Shown piece by piece: positions 44,354 through 53,392 of a stretch of 64,000 nt of DNA (its first letter is position 1; each line of letters begins with the position of its first letter). Location of the stretch: IMG/VR virus record IMGVR_UViG_3300045988_112440; one strand, written 5' to 3'. This stretch comes from a virus. A program made the position numbers and the translations under genes. A model generated the notes under the pieces. The model worked only from the letters and a program-made list of their open reading frames with translations, searched no databases and was not told the origin of the DNA.

Positions 44354-44866
44354 ATGAGAGAATTTGAAGGTTTTATTTTTCCTAACGGAAGAATTGTAGC
44401 GATTCCTGAAGAGGAATATATGGCAGCTATCGAAGCAGGAAAAGAAATTCTTGTTTTTTGTGGTGGATGGGCTGGTGGATACGCTAGAGCGTTTGGTGCA
44501 GATAAGGAACAGGATATTTATGAGCCTGATAAAACTTGTTACATGGTCTATTCGTATGATGTCATGGATAAGACCTTTACGCCAGAAGATATGAAGCGGT
44601 TCGCTAAAGTGATTGTCACAGATGGTATCCGTGTGTACATGAAAACAGGTGAATCGGCCAGTGATTATTATTCTGGAACCTTCTGTGACTGTGGTACGAA
44701 AGACAGGCTCGAAGAACATTACCCTGACACTTGTAGCAACGATATTGAACAATACGATTTCAGTGATTGTCAGACGGTTGATTTTGATATGACGGTTCGT
44801 ATGCTTGGTGCAGATGATAAAGATTACGAAGGTATGGTAAAGATGCTCAAGGAGATTTTGAGGTGA
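44354..44866 (+). CDS. hypothetical protein
   Basis: Start ATG 44354 (GGAGGAG RBS); 170 aa. Confidence 0.6.
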   Translation: MREFEGFIFPNGRIVAIPEEEYMAAIEAGKEILVFCGGWAGGYARAFGADKEQDIYEPDKTCYMVYSYDVMDKTFTPEDMKRFAKVIVTDGIRVYMKTGESASDYYSGTFCDCGTKDRLEEHYPDTCSNDIEQYDFSDCQTVDFDMTVRMLGADDKDYEGMVKMLKEILR

Positions 44867-44870
44867 CAAA

Positions 44871-45077
44871 ATGATAAAACGTGACTTTGAAAAGTATGGA
44901 GTCAAGTTTCACTTAAATGATTTCGGTCGTAATGAATTTGATGCTCGTTACACACTACTTTATTTTAATGAGGCTATGGGATGCTGGGACGAGTGTTGTC
45001 ACGTGTCCACTAAAAAAGAAGCAATTGACGCAGTTGACTATATGAAAAGATGGAAGATAAACGCATTCAGAGAATAA
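44871..45077 (+). CDS. hypothetical small protein
   Basis: 68 aa, GAGGTGA RBS. Confidence 0.55.
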   Translation: MIKRDFEKYGVKFHLNDFGRNEFDARYTLLYFNEAMGCWDECCHVSTKKEAIDAVDYMKRWKINAFRE

Positions 45078-45093
45078 CAAGAGGAGTGATAAA

Positions 45094-45315
45094 ATGTGGG
45101 ATTTAATTGAAAATGAATATTCTAAAAAATATGGAATTGGGTGCGCAACCTTTTTTCGTGACAAACAATTAAAAACAGCAATGGTTATGTATAAATATAA
45201 TGGCCGTAGCGTTATGTTTTGCTATTCCGAGTACGATAATAAGATTCTATCTGATGGTGATAAAGACGAAATTGAGATGACAATCAAAAAGAAACTCAAC
45301 TTTTGGAAGGATTAA
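45094..45315 (+). CDS. MWDL-family small protein, tandem copy 1
   Basis: MWDLIENEYSKKYGIGCA...VMYKY...; GAGGAG RBS. Confidence 0.6.
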   Translation: MWDLIENEYSKKYGIGCATFFRDKQLKTAMVMYKYNGRSVMFCYSEYDNKILSDGDKDEIEMTIKKKLNFWKD

Positions 45316-45317
45316 CT

Positions 45318-45554
45318 ATGTGGGATTTAATGGGTAACAATTATTCAGAAGTATACGGTATTGGATATGCTTTACTGAATGGAATTTCAGCTGGGTTTTA
45401 TGTGAGTGTCATGTACAAGGACCTTGGAGATGAAATTCACTTCTATTATCTTGATAATGCTCCTTACGGAGAACTTGATGATAATACCAAAAATAAAATT
45501 GAGGATATTATCCGTGATGACCTCAATAAGCGTCATATTTTTGGGGAGGACTGA
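45318..45554 (+). CDS. MWDL-family small protein, tandem copy 2
   Basis: MWDLMGNNYSEVYGIGYA...VMYKD... Confidence 0.6.
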   Translation: MWDLMGNNYSEVYGIGYALLNGISAGFYVSVMYKDLGDEIHFYYLDNAPYGELDDNTKNKIEDIIRDDLNKRHIFGED

Positions 45555-45556
45555 TT

Positions 45557-45820
45557 ATGTGGGATTTAATAATAAATAATTACCACGAAGAAGATGGAAC
45601 AGGTTGCGCCTTGATGTTCAACACAAGTGATAGGTGTTATCTTGATGTTATGTACAAGTGTAGGCCGTTACACAATTCAATTCGTGTTTTTTATTCTCTT
45701 AATATTTCAGAGAATGAAAAAGAGAATATCGAAGAAGCACTTGTAAAAGAACTGAGAAACAATGGAGTTTTAAGGAGCGATGATTATGTGGGACCTGAGG
45801 GAAGTTCACGCTTGTTTTGA
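45557..45820 (+). CDS. MWDL-family small protein, tandem copy 3
   Basis: MWDLIINNYHEEDGTGCA...VMYKC...; its 3' end overlaps copy 4 by about 35 nt. Confidence 0.6.
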   Translation: MWDLIINNYHEEDGTGCALMFNTSDRCYLDVMYKCRPLHNSIRVFYSLNISENEKENIEEALVKELRNNGVLRSDDYVGPEGSSRLF

Positions 45821-46034
45821 TGGTGAAGGTTGGATTTGGAATGAATCTTTCCATCACAAGAATGTGTTCGTAGGTGAGAATGAAGATCCGAAAGAAATCT
45901 TCTGGCAGGAATGTCAGATGTTCTTCCTTCAGGATTATCTAAGCAAGTGTGAAATCGTGGATAATGGTGATATTCTTGAACTTCAGTTGAAGGATTCCGG
46001 TGAGCCGGTTCTTGCTATGATGATTGCAGAGTAA
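45786..46034 (+). CDS. MWDL-start small protein, divergent copy 4
   Basis: MWDLREVHACFDGEGW...; AAGGAG RBS. Only the N-terminal MWDL is clearly shared. Confidence 0.5.
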   Translation: MWDLREVHACFDGEGWIWNESFHHKNVFVGENEDPKEIFWQECQMFFLQDYLSKCEIVDNGDILELQLKDSGEPVLAMMIAE

Positions 46035-46046
46035 AGGAGAATGAGT

Positions 46047-46223
46047 TATGCAGCAATACGAAATTGTATTTTACCGCAATGATATTCTCGATGAATTGAT
46101 TCCGTTTAAGAAAATGCATAAGGAATTTAATTCATATCAGGAAGCAAGAGTGTGGGCGCAAAATGAATTGTGTGACTTGCCTACGGCAGTCGCAATGAAT
46201 GTGTTTATGGACATTTGAGGTGA
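46047..46223 (+). CDS. hypothetical small protein (58 aa, below track cutoff)
   Basis: ATG 46047 behind an AAGGAGAA RBS; MQQYEIVFYRNDILDE... Confidence 0.45.
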
Positions 46224-46227
46224 CAAT

Positions 46228-46473
46228 ATGGACGCCTTACATACGATTATAAAAGAGCTGAGGGCAGGTAAGGTTTATGGTAAAACCTATGAGGGGCGAA
46301 TCGAACCGTATTTCTGGTTTGTTATGTATAAAGATGGCAACTTTATCCGTTGGAGACATTTTGGTGAAAGTTCAAACCGTTGCAATTTGAAAGACCTCAA
46401 ATGGATAATAAAGGTCATCTTCAAGACAACGCCAGAGAAGTTTATTGAAGAGTACGAATGTAAATACTGGTGA
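46228..46473 (+). CDS. hypothetical small protein
   Basis: 81 aa, GAGGTGA RBS. Confidence 0.55.
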   Translation: MDALHTIIKELRAGKVYGKTYEGRIEPYFWFVMYKDGNFIRWRHFGESSNRCNLKDLKWIIKVIFKTTPEKFIEEYECKYW

Positions 46474-46492
46474 TAAAAGGGAGATTTTAGAT

Positions 46493-47347
46493 ATGAAATA
46501 TCTGTATTGCTACGATAATGAAATCATAAAATGGACTTACGGCGATAACCTGTATTGCTTGCATATTCAGCACGACGACGTTGCAGACAATAACCCTCGT
46601 TGGTGGGATGACCACGATTCCGTGATGGCTTGTTTCCATCCTCGTTACCGTCTTGGTGATAAGGTCGATGCAAGCACACCGGAAGAGTTTTGGAACAATC
46701 TTGTTTACGAGATGTGCGAGCCAGAAGAAATTCTGGATGCACTTTTTAACATGAAACTGGAAGAATCCTGTGTGGTTATTGACAACGATAACAGTAGTAT
46801 TGAAGAAACTCGTTATGCGATTTGTTGTCGTGAAGATCAAGCCAATCCTTGGTATACCAATTTGAAATACAATGAAATTGCGACGTATGCTCGTGGTGAT
46901 TTTTCTATTCGTGATTGTCAGATTCTTCTTGATAAACACATTGTATGGCTTCCACTCTGGTTACATGACCACTCTGGCCTGTCTATGGATTATGATACAC
47001 GATTCAGAGGTTCGTGGGACGATAGTAATGTTGGTTGGATTGTTACAAAAGTTCCTAGCGGTTCTGATGTTTACAAAACAGAAGCAGAACGAATCATGCG
47101 TGATGAGGTAAAGACTTATAGCGATTATCTTTCCGGTGAGAATTACGGCTATACGCTTTATCAAGAAGATCACGGAGAATGGAAGGAGATTGACAGAGCA
47201 TTTGGATTTATCGGTTCTGATGTGCTTGAAAACGGTATCACATACAGTGCTGGTTGTGGTCTTGAAAAGGCATTAAAGGAAGATCGGTGTCATATCGGTG
47301 AAGCAGAGAAAGTTGTTACTGTTACTTACAATTTTGATAAGGTATAA
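46493..47347 (+). CDS. conserved-looking hypothetical protein (LWLHDHSGLSM, SNVGWIV, GENYGYTLY motifs)
   Basis: Start ATG 46493 (AAGGGAG RBS); 284 aa. The motif set resembles a widespread phage family whose name I cannot recall. Confidence 0.6.
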   Translation: MKYLYCYDNEIIKWTYGDNLYCLHIQHDDVADNNPRWWDDHDSVMACFHPRYRLGDKVDASTPEEFWNNLVYEMCEPEEILDALFNMKLEESCVVIDNDNSSIEETRYAICCREDQANPWYTNLKYNEIATYARGDFSIRDCQILLDKHIVWLPLWLHDHSGLSMDYDTRFRGSWDDSNVGWIVTKVPSGSDVYKTEAERIMRDEVKTYSDYLSGENYGYTLYQEDHGEWKEIDRAFGFIGSDVLENGITYSAGCGLEKALKEDRCHIGEAEKVVTVTYNFDKV

Positions 47348-47350
47348 ATT

Positions 47351-47512
47351 ATGAAGTACTTTGTTACAGTATCTTGTCCTGGTTATGTGATTGTTGATGC
47401 AGAGGATGAAAGAGAAGCAATGGAAATGGCCGAAGTTGTTGATCTAAAAGAGATAAATTGAGACACAGATGATATTCGTGCTGGAGATTGCTTGGTTCAA
47501 AAACAATTTTGA
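47351..47512 (+). CDS. DpnD/PcfM-like paralogue interrupted by in-frame TGA (47459-47461)
   Basis: MKYFVTVSCPGYVIVDAEDEREAMEMAEVVDLKEIN-TGA-DTDDIRAGDCLVQKQF. Either readthrough or a pseudogene. Confidence 0.35.
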
Positions 47513-47525
47513 TGAGGTGTGAATT

Positions 47526-47744
47526 ATGACATACATTAGAGAGATTGATGGAAAATGGTATGCTTTTGCAGCAAATCCTGATAACGGTCAGGTCTATTCT
47601 ATTGGAAGAGATAATCCGAAAGATGGACAGTGGTTTGCAGGTTTAACTGATAGTGGAATCAAGTACGTTGCTTCTCCTTGTCCTTCTCGTAAGGCAGCAT
47701 ATATGAGAGCGATGAGAAACGGATCTTATGGCGGAGTTCTGTAA
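47526..47744 (+). CDS. hypothetical small protein
   Basis: 72 aa, GAGGTG RBS. Confidence 0.55.
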   Translation: MTYIREIDGKWYAFAANPDNGQVYSIGRDNPKDGQWFAGLTDSGIKYVASPCPSRKAAYMRAMRNGSYGGVL

Positions 47745-47771
47745 AAGTTGAATTTTATTGGAGACAACAAA

Positions 47772-47936
47772 ATGAAATATATTATTGAAGATTGGTTGAC
47801 GGAAGAAATAATTAAAGTTTTTTCAAGTGAAGAAGAAAGAAATGAATGGATTGAGGACAATTGTACATGGTTTAGTGATGGATGCTTTATCACGGACACA
47901 GAAACAAAAATTTCAATTTATGAATCAAAACAATAG
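47772..47936 (+). CDS. hypothetical small acidic protein; the only gene here ending in TAG
   Basis: Start ATG 47772 (TGGAGA RBS); 54 aa; stop TAG 47934-47936. Confidence 0.45.
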   Translation: MKYIIEDWLTEEIIKVFSSEEERNEWIEDNCTWFSDGCFITDTETKISIYESKQ

Positions 47937-47972
47937 ATCGGATATTTTAAGCGATTAAAAGGAGAAAATTTC

Positions 47973-48251
47973 ATGAGTAAATTTAAAAATTTTCAGATTG
48001 GAGTAAAAGAAATTAGCAAAACATGGAATAGCGAAAATGTATTTTTTACGCAAATGCGTGACGGATATAGTGCTTCGTATAGACCAAAATATCCAGAATA
48101 TTGTAATGACGACATGATAATTCAGACATTAGAAGGGACAGGAGCAGTAAACCGTGGAGATTATGAATTGATAATTTTTGATGATGGAAAATTTACAAGC
48201 AAATATTTTAATGATACAGAAGAAATAAAAACGTATTTTGAAAACAGATAA
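47973..48251 (+). CDS. hypothetical protein
   Basis: 92 aa, AAGGAGAA RBS. Confidence 0.6.
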   Translation: MSKFKNFQIGVKEISKTWNSENVFFTQMRDGYSASYRPKYPEYCNDDMIIQTLEGTGAVNRGDYELIIFDDGKFTSKYFNDTEEIKTYFENR

Positions 48252-48277
48252 AAGAACGGTTTTAGGAGGAAAATAAA

Positions 48278-48481
48278 ATGGATAATAATATGATGGAAAG
48301 AATCAAGTATCTGAAGCGTGAGCTTTTTATGGATGGATTTGATACAATTGAAAACTTTGTTGGTTATAAACTGAACGAAGATGAGGATGATGATGTTATT
48401 GAACGACGAGTGGATATTGCAATCGATTCGATGTCGGAAGATGAGTTGAATATTTGGTTTGAAAAATATGATATTATTTGA
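48278..48481 (+). CDS. hypothetical small acidic protein
   Basis: 67 aa, AGGAGGA RBS. Confidence 0.55.
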   Translation: MDNNMMERIKYLKRELFMDGFDTIENFVGYKLNEDEDDDVIERRVDIAIDSMSEDELNIWFEKYDII

Positions 48482-48519
48482 ATCTTCGGACGAAAATATC
48501 TTTTATGAGGTGCGAATGT

Positions 48520-48690
48520 ATGAAAATGAATATTGACATTGATATTGAACGTGTTGGAAAGGGTTTATTTAACGTCTATATCAGTGATAATGGAAATTCT
48601 GGTGCGGAATACAAAAATGTAAATTGTGATCAGATTGGTGAGTATGTAGCAGATTTGATTGATTGTTTGGAAGAAAGCTATGAGGCGTAA
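48520..48690 (+). CDS. hypothetical small protein
   Basis: Start ATG 48520 (GAGGTG RBS); 56 aa. Confidence 0.5.
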   Translation: MKMNIDIDIERVGKGLFNVYISDNGNSGAEYKNVNCDQIGEYVADLIDCLEESYEA

Positions 48691-48693
48691 AGT

Positions 48694-49029
48694 ATGAGCT
48701 ATAACGGTGGGCCTTGTTGGTCATGTATTGAGAAGTCTTGTAAAAACTGTCCATGTGCTGTCGCAGAGTCTTTTGATAGTACATATCTTACTGCACAATG
48801 GATGTTAAAACTAAGAGAAAATAAAGATGATTGCGACAAATTTGTTGAACGTCTTTGGAAGGAGAACACGGATTTTGCATGGGTTGAAAACGAACGTGGA
48901 GAATTAGTTCTTGATCAGAAGTGGAGAGGCTTTCCCGTTGGCAATTTTACACAGGATGAATGGTTTCATTGGGTAGATGAGTTCCATAGTAAAGGCGTTG
49001 GCTGGGTTTACGAGAATGTGAGTGTGTAA
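48694..49029 (+). CDS. hypothetical Cys-containing protein
   Basis: 111-aa ORF; CWSC..CKNCPC. Confidence 0.55.
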   Translation: MSYNGGPCWSCIEKSCKNCPCAVAESFDSTYLTAQWMLKLRENKDDCDKFVERLWKENTDFAWVENERGELVLDQKWRGFPVGNFTQDEWFHWVDEFHSKGVGWVYENVSV

Positions 49030-49049
49030 AATTTAAGAGGAAAAATATC

Positions 49050-49607
49050 ATGAAAACTTACACAAAAGACGAACTTTATAATCTCCTGAAGAACGGCGCT
49101 ATTCTTGATGAATTGCTTGATATGAGTGATGGGCAAGAGTGTACGATATTTAAAGCGGATTGCTTTCCTGAAGAGGACTGTTATAACAGCGTTATTTATA
49201 TTCCTGATCTCGATATGAATGGTGTTGCCTATGACCATAAAATGACTTTGCAAGAACTTGCAGACGCATATACGAACTTTTACACTGCACAGGATATTAT
49301 TGATATCTGTGAAGGTGATGAAAAGAAGGCAAAACGAGTGTTTTACAATTGTGATTGGCAGCATCCATCCACTGAATTTACAGAGATGGAAGCATTTGAC
49401 GAAGAAGATGATTGCGATGCTCAATATTATTATGCTGAAACTCGTTGGTGTATCGATGACGTTATTGATGCAGCGAAAAGAAAAGGCATTGTATTAAATC
49501 CGCAACAAGCTGAACAGTGGTGGCAGAAGAACGAAAAGTGGTTTAAGGATACTCTTACTGAATATGGTAACGAGATCCTTTTCAATGTGGATTTTAGTGA
49601 GGTATAA
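49050..49607 (+). CDS. acidic hypothetical protein
   Basis: 185 aa, AGAGGAAA RBS. Confidence 0.6.
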   Translation: MKTYTKDELYNLLKNGAILDELLDMSDGQECTIFKADCFPEEDCYNSVIYIPDLDMNGVAYDHKMTLQELADAYTNFYTAQDIIDICEGDEKKAKRVFYNCDWQHPSTEFTEMEAFDEEDDCDAQYYYAETRWCIDDVIDAAKRKGIVLNPQQAEQWWQKNEKWFKDTLTEYGNEILFNVDFSEV

Positions 49608-49622
49608 AAGGAGAGTTTTATT

Positions 49623-49808
49623 ATGAAATATGACACTCAAGCGATGGCCGAGGTCCTTTGTAAAACAGCAGGCGTTGAATATAGCTCTGATTTGGAAAAT
49701 TTGCTGTACCATTTAGATGTTCAAGCACAAAATCCTTACAATGCAGATTTTCGGCGTACAGGTTTGGCTATCATTGCAAAAGTGTGTGAGGAGTTGAAAA
49801 AACGATAA
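49623..49808 (+). CDS. hypothetical small protein
   Basis: 61 aa, AAGGAGAG RBS. Confidence 0.55.
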   Translation: MKYDTQAMAEVLCKTAGVEYSSDLENLLYHLDVQAQNPYNADFRRTGLAIIAKVCEELKKR

Positions 49809-50002
49809 TGTATTACCATCTTGAATACTCTGTCAGACACTTTATGTACGGCGATACATATAGAGGGCATGAAGTCTATCCCACAAAAGAGCTGCGTGAT
49901 GCAGAACTTGACTGGATGAAAACGTGTTACAGCAAGCCGACAGAGCTTGTCTATGCAACGTATGAAACCGAAACACTTAATGAAGATAAGATAATAATAT
50001 AA
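49808..50002 (+). CDS. hypothetical small protein
   Basis: 64 aa, TAATG coupling. Confidence 0.5.
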   Translation: MYYHLEYSVRHFMYGDTYRGHEVYPTKELRDAELDWMKTCYSKPTELVYATYETETLNEDKIII

Positions 50003-50026
50003 TGAGGAATTAAGGGAGTGAGAGTT

Positions 50027-50212
50027 ATGATTATCCAAAATTGCGGATGGGATCATTCAGTGGATGAAGTTAAGGAAGCTCTTGATACACTTTCATATTG
50101 GTTAAGAGAAGGTGTGAGAGTTGGGATTTTTAATAAAGAAACCAACAAATATGAGTTACTAAAACCTTTTGATTCAGAAAAAACTTTTATTTTGGAGGAC
50201 ATTAACTTATGA
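50027..50212 (+). CDS. hypothetical small protein
   Basis: Start ATG 50027 behind an AAGGGAG RBS (the track GTG at 50018 is less likely). Confidence 0.5.
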   Translation: MIIQNCGWDHSVDEVKEALDTLSYWLREGVRVGIFNKETNKYELLKPFDSEKTFILEDINL

Positions 50213-50520
50213 CGGCACGTGAGATTGCAGAAAATTTCGTCAGTACAATGAACCCGTCAGGTTGGGACGGTGTTGGGAAGAAACCTGATGATTTTAATGA
50301 TAAGCAGCAGGTTACATATTATGTGGGTAAATATCCCGATATCGATGTTGATATCCATTACGAATATGACGACAACAAATGGTGGCACGTTTGCGAAGCA
50401 TACGACAAAGAACTTAATGAAAGACTTTGTGGTGGTGCATGGGGCGATACCGTGAACAATATTGATGATATGATTAGAACTATTAAATGTCTTTTCGATA
50501 TGTTAGGCATTAAACTTTAA
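50209..50520 (+). CDS. hypothetical protein
   Basis: 103 aa, GGAGGA RBS, ATGA overlap. Confidence 0.6.
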   Translation: MTAREIAENFVSTMNPSGWDGVGKKPDDFNDKQQVTYYVGKYPDIDVDIHYEYDDNKWWHVCEAYDKELNERLCGGAWGDTVNNIDDMIRTIKCLFDMLGIKL

Positions 50521-50539
50521 TAAAATCGAGGTTTTAAAA

Positions 50540-50785
50540 ATGTGGACTTTTAATAGGATTTATCTTCGGGAAAGTTGTATTTTGCTTATTGAGGAGGACG
50601 GAGAAAAGAGTGCAATCACAACAAGTGCATATGACTTAATAAGAGTGTACAATAACGGCGAGAGTGAATGTCCTTGTGATAACGCAAAGGTTATTTATTG
50701 CTCGATTTTTAATGTAAAAATGAAATGTAAAACGTTCAAAGAACTTATGGATATGCTTGAGAAAATTGTAGCTGATTGTTGTTGA
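50540..50785 (+). CDS. hypothetical small protein
   Basis: 81 aa, GAGGT RBS. Confidence 0.55.
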   Translation: MWTFNRIYLRESCILLIEEDGEKSAITTSAYDLIRVYNNGESECPCDNAKVIYCSIFNVKMKCKTFKELMDMLEKIVADCC

Positions 50786-50795
50786 GGTTTTAGAT

Positions 50796-51029
50796 ATGAA
50801 AAATAAAGCAGTGGTTGTTGTTTATGACGATACGATGTGTAATGGTCCTTACCGTGTAGAGTACAAAACAATTGAAGATGCGGTAGAGGCTGTTAATAAT
50901 GATTTTGAAAGTCTGATGAAAGAACTGCGAGATGAAGGCTATGAACCTGAATGGATTCGTGATGGCTACCATATGCTTGAGGTTTATGTTCCGAATACGT
51001 CTATTAACGCATGGTGGGATTTTAAGTAA
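50796..51029 (+). CDS. hypothetical small protein
   Basis: 77 aa, GAGGT RBS. Confidence 0.55.
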   Translation: MKNKAVVVVYDDTMCNGPYRVEYKTIEDAVEAVNNDFESLMKELRDEGYEPEWIRDGYHMLEVYVPNTSINAWWDFK

Positions 51030-51041
51030 GGAGAATTAAAA

Positions 51042-51248
51042 GTGGATATCAATGATATTAAGATGTTTGAGCAGATGATGGTTGATAGCGCATTTATTGA
51101 TGCCGTTGATTTTGATTCAAAGGTTGCTGCCCCGGCAGTGGAAGTACGCAAGATGAAAATGAAGGGTGTGTGCTCCTTCAATGAATACATTAACTACTTA
51201 CAGACAATTACAGGCAATGCAAAGTTGTTCTGGAAGTATCAGTTTTGA
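51042..51248 (+). CDS. hypothetical small protein
   Basis: 68 aa, GTG start 7 nt after an AAGGAGA RBS. Confidence 0.5.
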   Translation: MDINDIKMFEQMMVDSAFIDAVDFDSKVAAPAVEVRKMKMKGVCSFNEYINYLQTITGNAKLFWKYQF

Positions 51249-51258
51249 GGTGACGATT

Positions 51259-51522
51259 ATGAGTGAATTTGAAAATCATGTTTTCGATGTTTGGAATCGT
51301 TTTGTAAGAAATATGCCTTGTTGTCCAGAAGATGGTTGTGATCGTTGGTGTGATGGTGAGAATATTCTATGCAAAACATATGAAGATGCACAGAAGGTCG
51401 CTGATTATATTGATGAAAAGGCTGGACGAGCAATATCTGCTACCGGTTTTTATGATCCAGAAGAAGATAAGAGAATGGGATATGTAGATAAGTATACTGG
51501 ATGGTATTATGTCACAATCTGA
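51259..51522 (+). CDS. hypothetical Cys-rich protein
   Basis: Start ATG 51259 (GAGGTGA RBS); 87 aa. Confidence 0.55.
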   Translation: MSEFENHVFDVWNRFVRNMPCCPEDGCDRWCDGENILCKTYEDAQKVADYIDEKAGRAISATGFYDPEEDKRMGYVDKYTGWYYVTI

Positions 51523-51568
51523 TAAAACAGTTCTTCTAAAAAAATGAAATACAAAGGAGTAAAACAAA

Positions 51569-52888
51569 ATGATTACCAATAATCCTATGACCGTAATAAC
51601 CTCAAAGTCCTTTGGTGCACTGAATGTGGATGTGTACCAGAATGACAAGCACCAGTATTACATGACCCGTGAACAGATTGGTGCTGCGCTAGAGTACAAT
51701 AATCCTAATAAGGCAATTCAAAACATCCATGTTAAGAATACGGATCGTCTTGACCCTCTTTCAACATTCCTCAAACTGAGGAAAGTTGAAGGCGGAATCA
51801 CGAAAGAGCGTGAAATTATTTGTTACAGTTTGCGTGGCGTTATGGAGATCTGTCGTCTGTCCCGTCAGCCGAAGGCTGATGCGTTTATGGATTTCTGCTG
51901 GGACATTATGGAATCTTTGATGCGTGGCGATACCGTTTTAGCTACTCCTAAGATGGATGCTGCACTGAGCAAAGAATTCATTGACGTAAGACTTCATGCT
52001 CTGTTTGATAGTATGAAGAATCTTCAGAGTGAACTTGATTCCACTCGCAAAGATCTCAGTGAACAGATTGAGGAAGCTCGCGCCACCAGCAATGAAGCAC
52101 TGAATGTGATTAGCAGCGTATCTCAGTGTGTCCATCAGATTAAGGACAAGCAGATGGATGATGCGATTCGTTCTACCAGAAACTTTACTCCTCGTAAGGA
52201 TGTAACGAGTGACTGGCGTAAGAAGATGTATGAACGCATCAATGTGATTGCGGCAATCAATGAGATGAAGGTTCAGGATGTGTTCCGTGATGTTTACGAA
52301 TACATGAATCGTGTTTATACCTTTGTCATCGAGGAAGAGCGTAAAAAGTATTGTGTAAAAACTGGTCGTACTGGTCACATTCCTACGATTGATGTGGTTG
52401 AAGCAAGTACGATGTACAAGTCTATCTTTGGTGCTCTGGTTGAGGATCTGTATACCGAAGCGGTCAGCAAGAAGAAGGAAGAAGTTACTGAACGGAAAGC
52501 TTTGCCTGAAGCAAAAACTATTGAAGCAGCTCCTGAAGTGGCTGTCTGTGATGCTCCTGTGATTGAGGTGGAAGTTAATGAAGTTGAGTCTGAGCCGGTT
52601 GCGAAAGAAAAGCCCAAGAAGCAGAGCGAAACGGCGAAGATTCTTATTCCGATTCTGTTACCTTTGGCAGAAAAGCTTAATGATAAGCCGCAATACAAGC
52701 ACACTTACACTCTGATTTACGAGCGGATTGGCTATAAGAAAATGAATAATTTATTTATTGCTTATGAAAAAGCTCACGGTAAAGCACCAAATCCGAAGAC
52801 TAAGGTGTTTATTGAAAATGAAAAGAACCTGGCACTGTTTAAGAAAACTGTAAAGCAGTTGATGAAGGAGCAATTTGAAAAGAATTGA
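51569..52888 (+). CDS. antirepressor-like protein (Bro-N/ORF6N-type N-terminal domain)
   Basis: 439 aa. N-terminus FGALNVDVYQNDKHQYYMTREQIGAALEYNNPNKAIQNIHVKN resembles the Bro-N/KilA-N-type DNA-binding module. Confidence 0.55.
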   Translation: MITNNPMTVITSKSFGALNVDVYQNDKHQYYMTREQIGAALEYNNPNKAIQNIHVKNTDRLDPLSTFLKLRKVEGGITKEREIICYSLRGVMEICRLSRQPKADAFMDFCWDIMESLMRGDTVLATPKMDAALSKEFIDVRLHALFDSMKNLQSELDSTRKDLSEQIEEARATSNEALNVISSVSQCVHQIKDKQMDDAIRSTRNFTPRKDVTSDWRKKMYERINVIAAINEMKVQDVFRDVYEYMNRVYTFVIEEERKKYCVKTGRTGHIPTIDVVEASTMYKSIFGALVEDLYTEAVSKKKEEVTERKALPEAKTIEAAPEVAVCDAPVIEVEVNEVESEPVAKEKPKKQSETAKILIPILLPLAEKLNDKPQYKHTYTLIYERIGYKKMNNLFIAYEKAHGKAPNPKTKVFIENEKNLALFKKTVKQLMKEQFEKN

Positions 52889-52898
52889 GGTACATATT

Positions 52899-53150
52899 AT
52901 GAAGGTTTATGTTCTGCACGAGTGTGTTGATTATAGCGATTTCTACGCAGAAGATTCTGTAATCACGGTTACAACGGATAAGCTCAAGGCGCTTGATAAA
53001 ATGGTTCATTTCTTTAATGACTGTAAAGATAGCAATCAGCCGGTAAGCGATGACGAGACGTGGTGCGTTGCTACTGAAGCATCCGTTGTTAGTGGGGATT
53101 CTGGAAATTATTATCGCCATCACTGGAAAATTGATGAGTTTGAGGTATAA
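52899..53150 (+). CDS. hypothetical small protein
   Basis: Start ATG 52899 (GAGGT RBS); 83 aa. Confidence 0.55.
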   Translation: MKVYVLHECVDYSDFYAEDSVITVTTDKLKALDKMVHFFNDCKDSNQPVSDDETWCVATEASVVSGDSGNYYRHHWKIDEFEV

Positions 53151-53154
53151 GAAA

Positions 53155-53379
53155 ATGATGAAATATGGAAACATAACGTGTAAACGATGTGGGGCTACGT
53201 GGTATGGGCCAAAGTGTGGAAAGCTTTATTGTGATAATTGCAGAAGGATTGTGGATAGAGAAAAAGATATTAGATGTAAAAATAAAAAGAAACACAAACC
53301 GACATTTGTTGAAATTACAAGAATGGCAGATGCAGAGGGACTGTCCTATGGCAAGTATTGTTTAAAATATGGAATCTAA
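53155..53379 (+). CDS. zinc-ribbon small basic protein
   Basis: Start ATG 53155; CKRC..CDNC; 74 aa. Confidence 0.55.
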   Translation: MMKYGNITCKRCGATWYGPKCGKLYCDNCRRIVDREKDIRCKNKKKHKPTFVEITRMADAEGLSYGKYCLKYGI

Positions 53380-53392
53380 AGGAGACGCAAAT

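Noticed and set aside
47934-47972. TAG readthrough fusing 47772-47936 to 47973-48251
   Set aside because: The frames do match and no other stop intervenes. But the spacer carries a strong RBS for the downstream ATG, and an in-frame arrangement has a substantial chance of occurring at random. It is reported only as a note in the TAG-usage finding.
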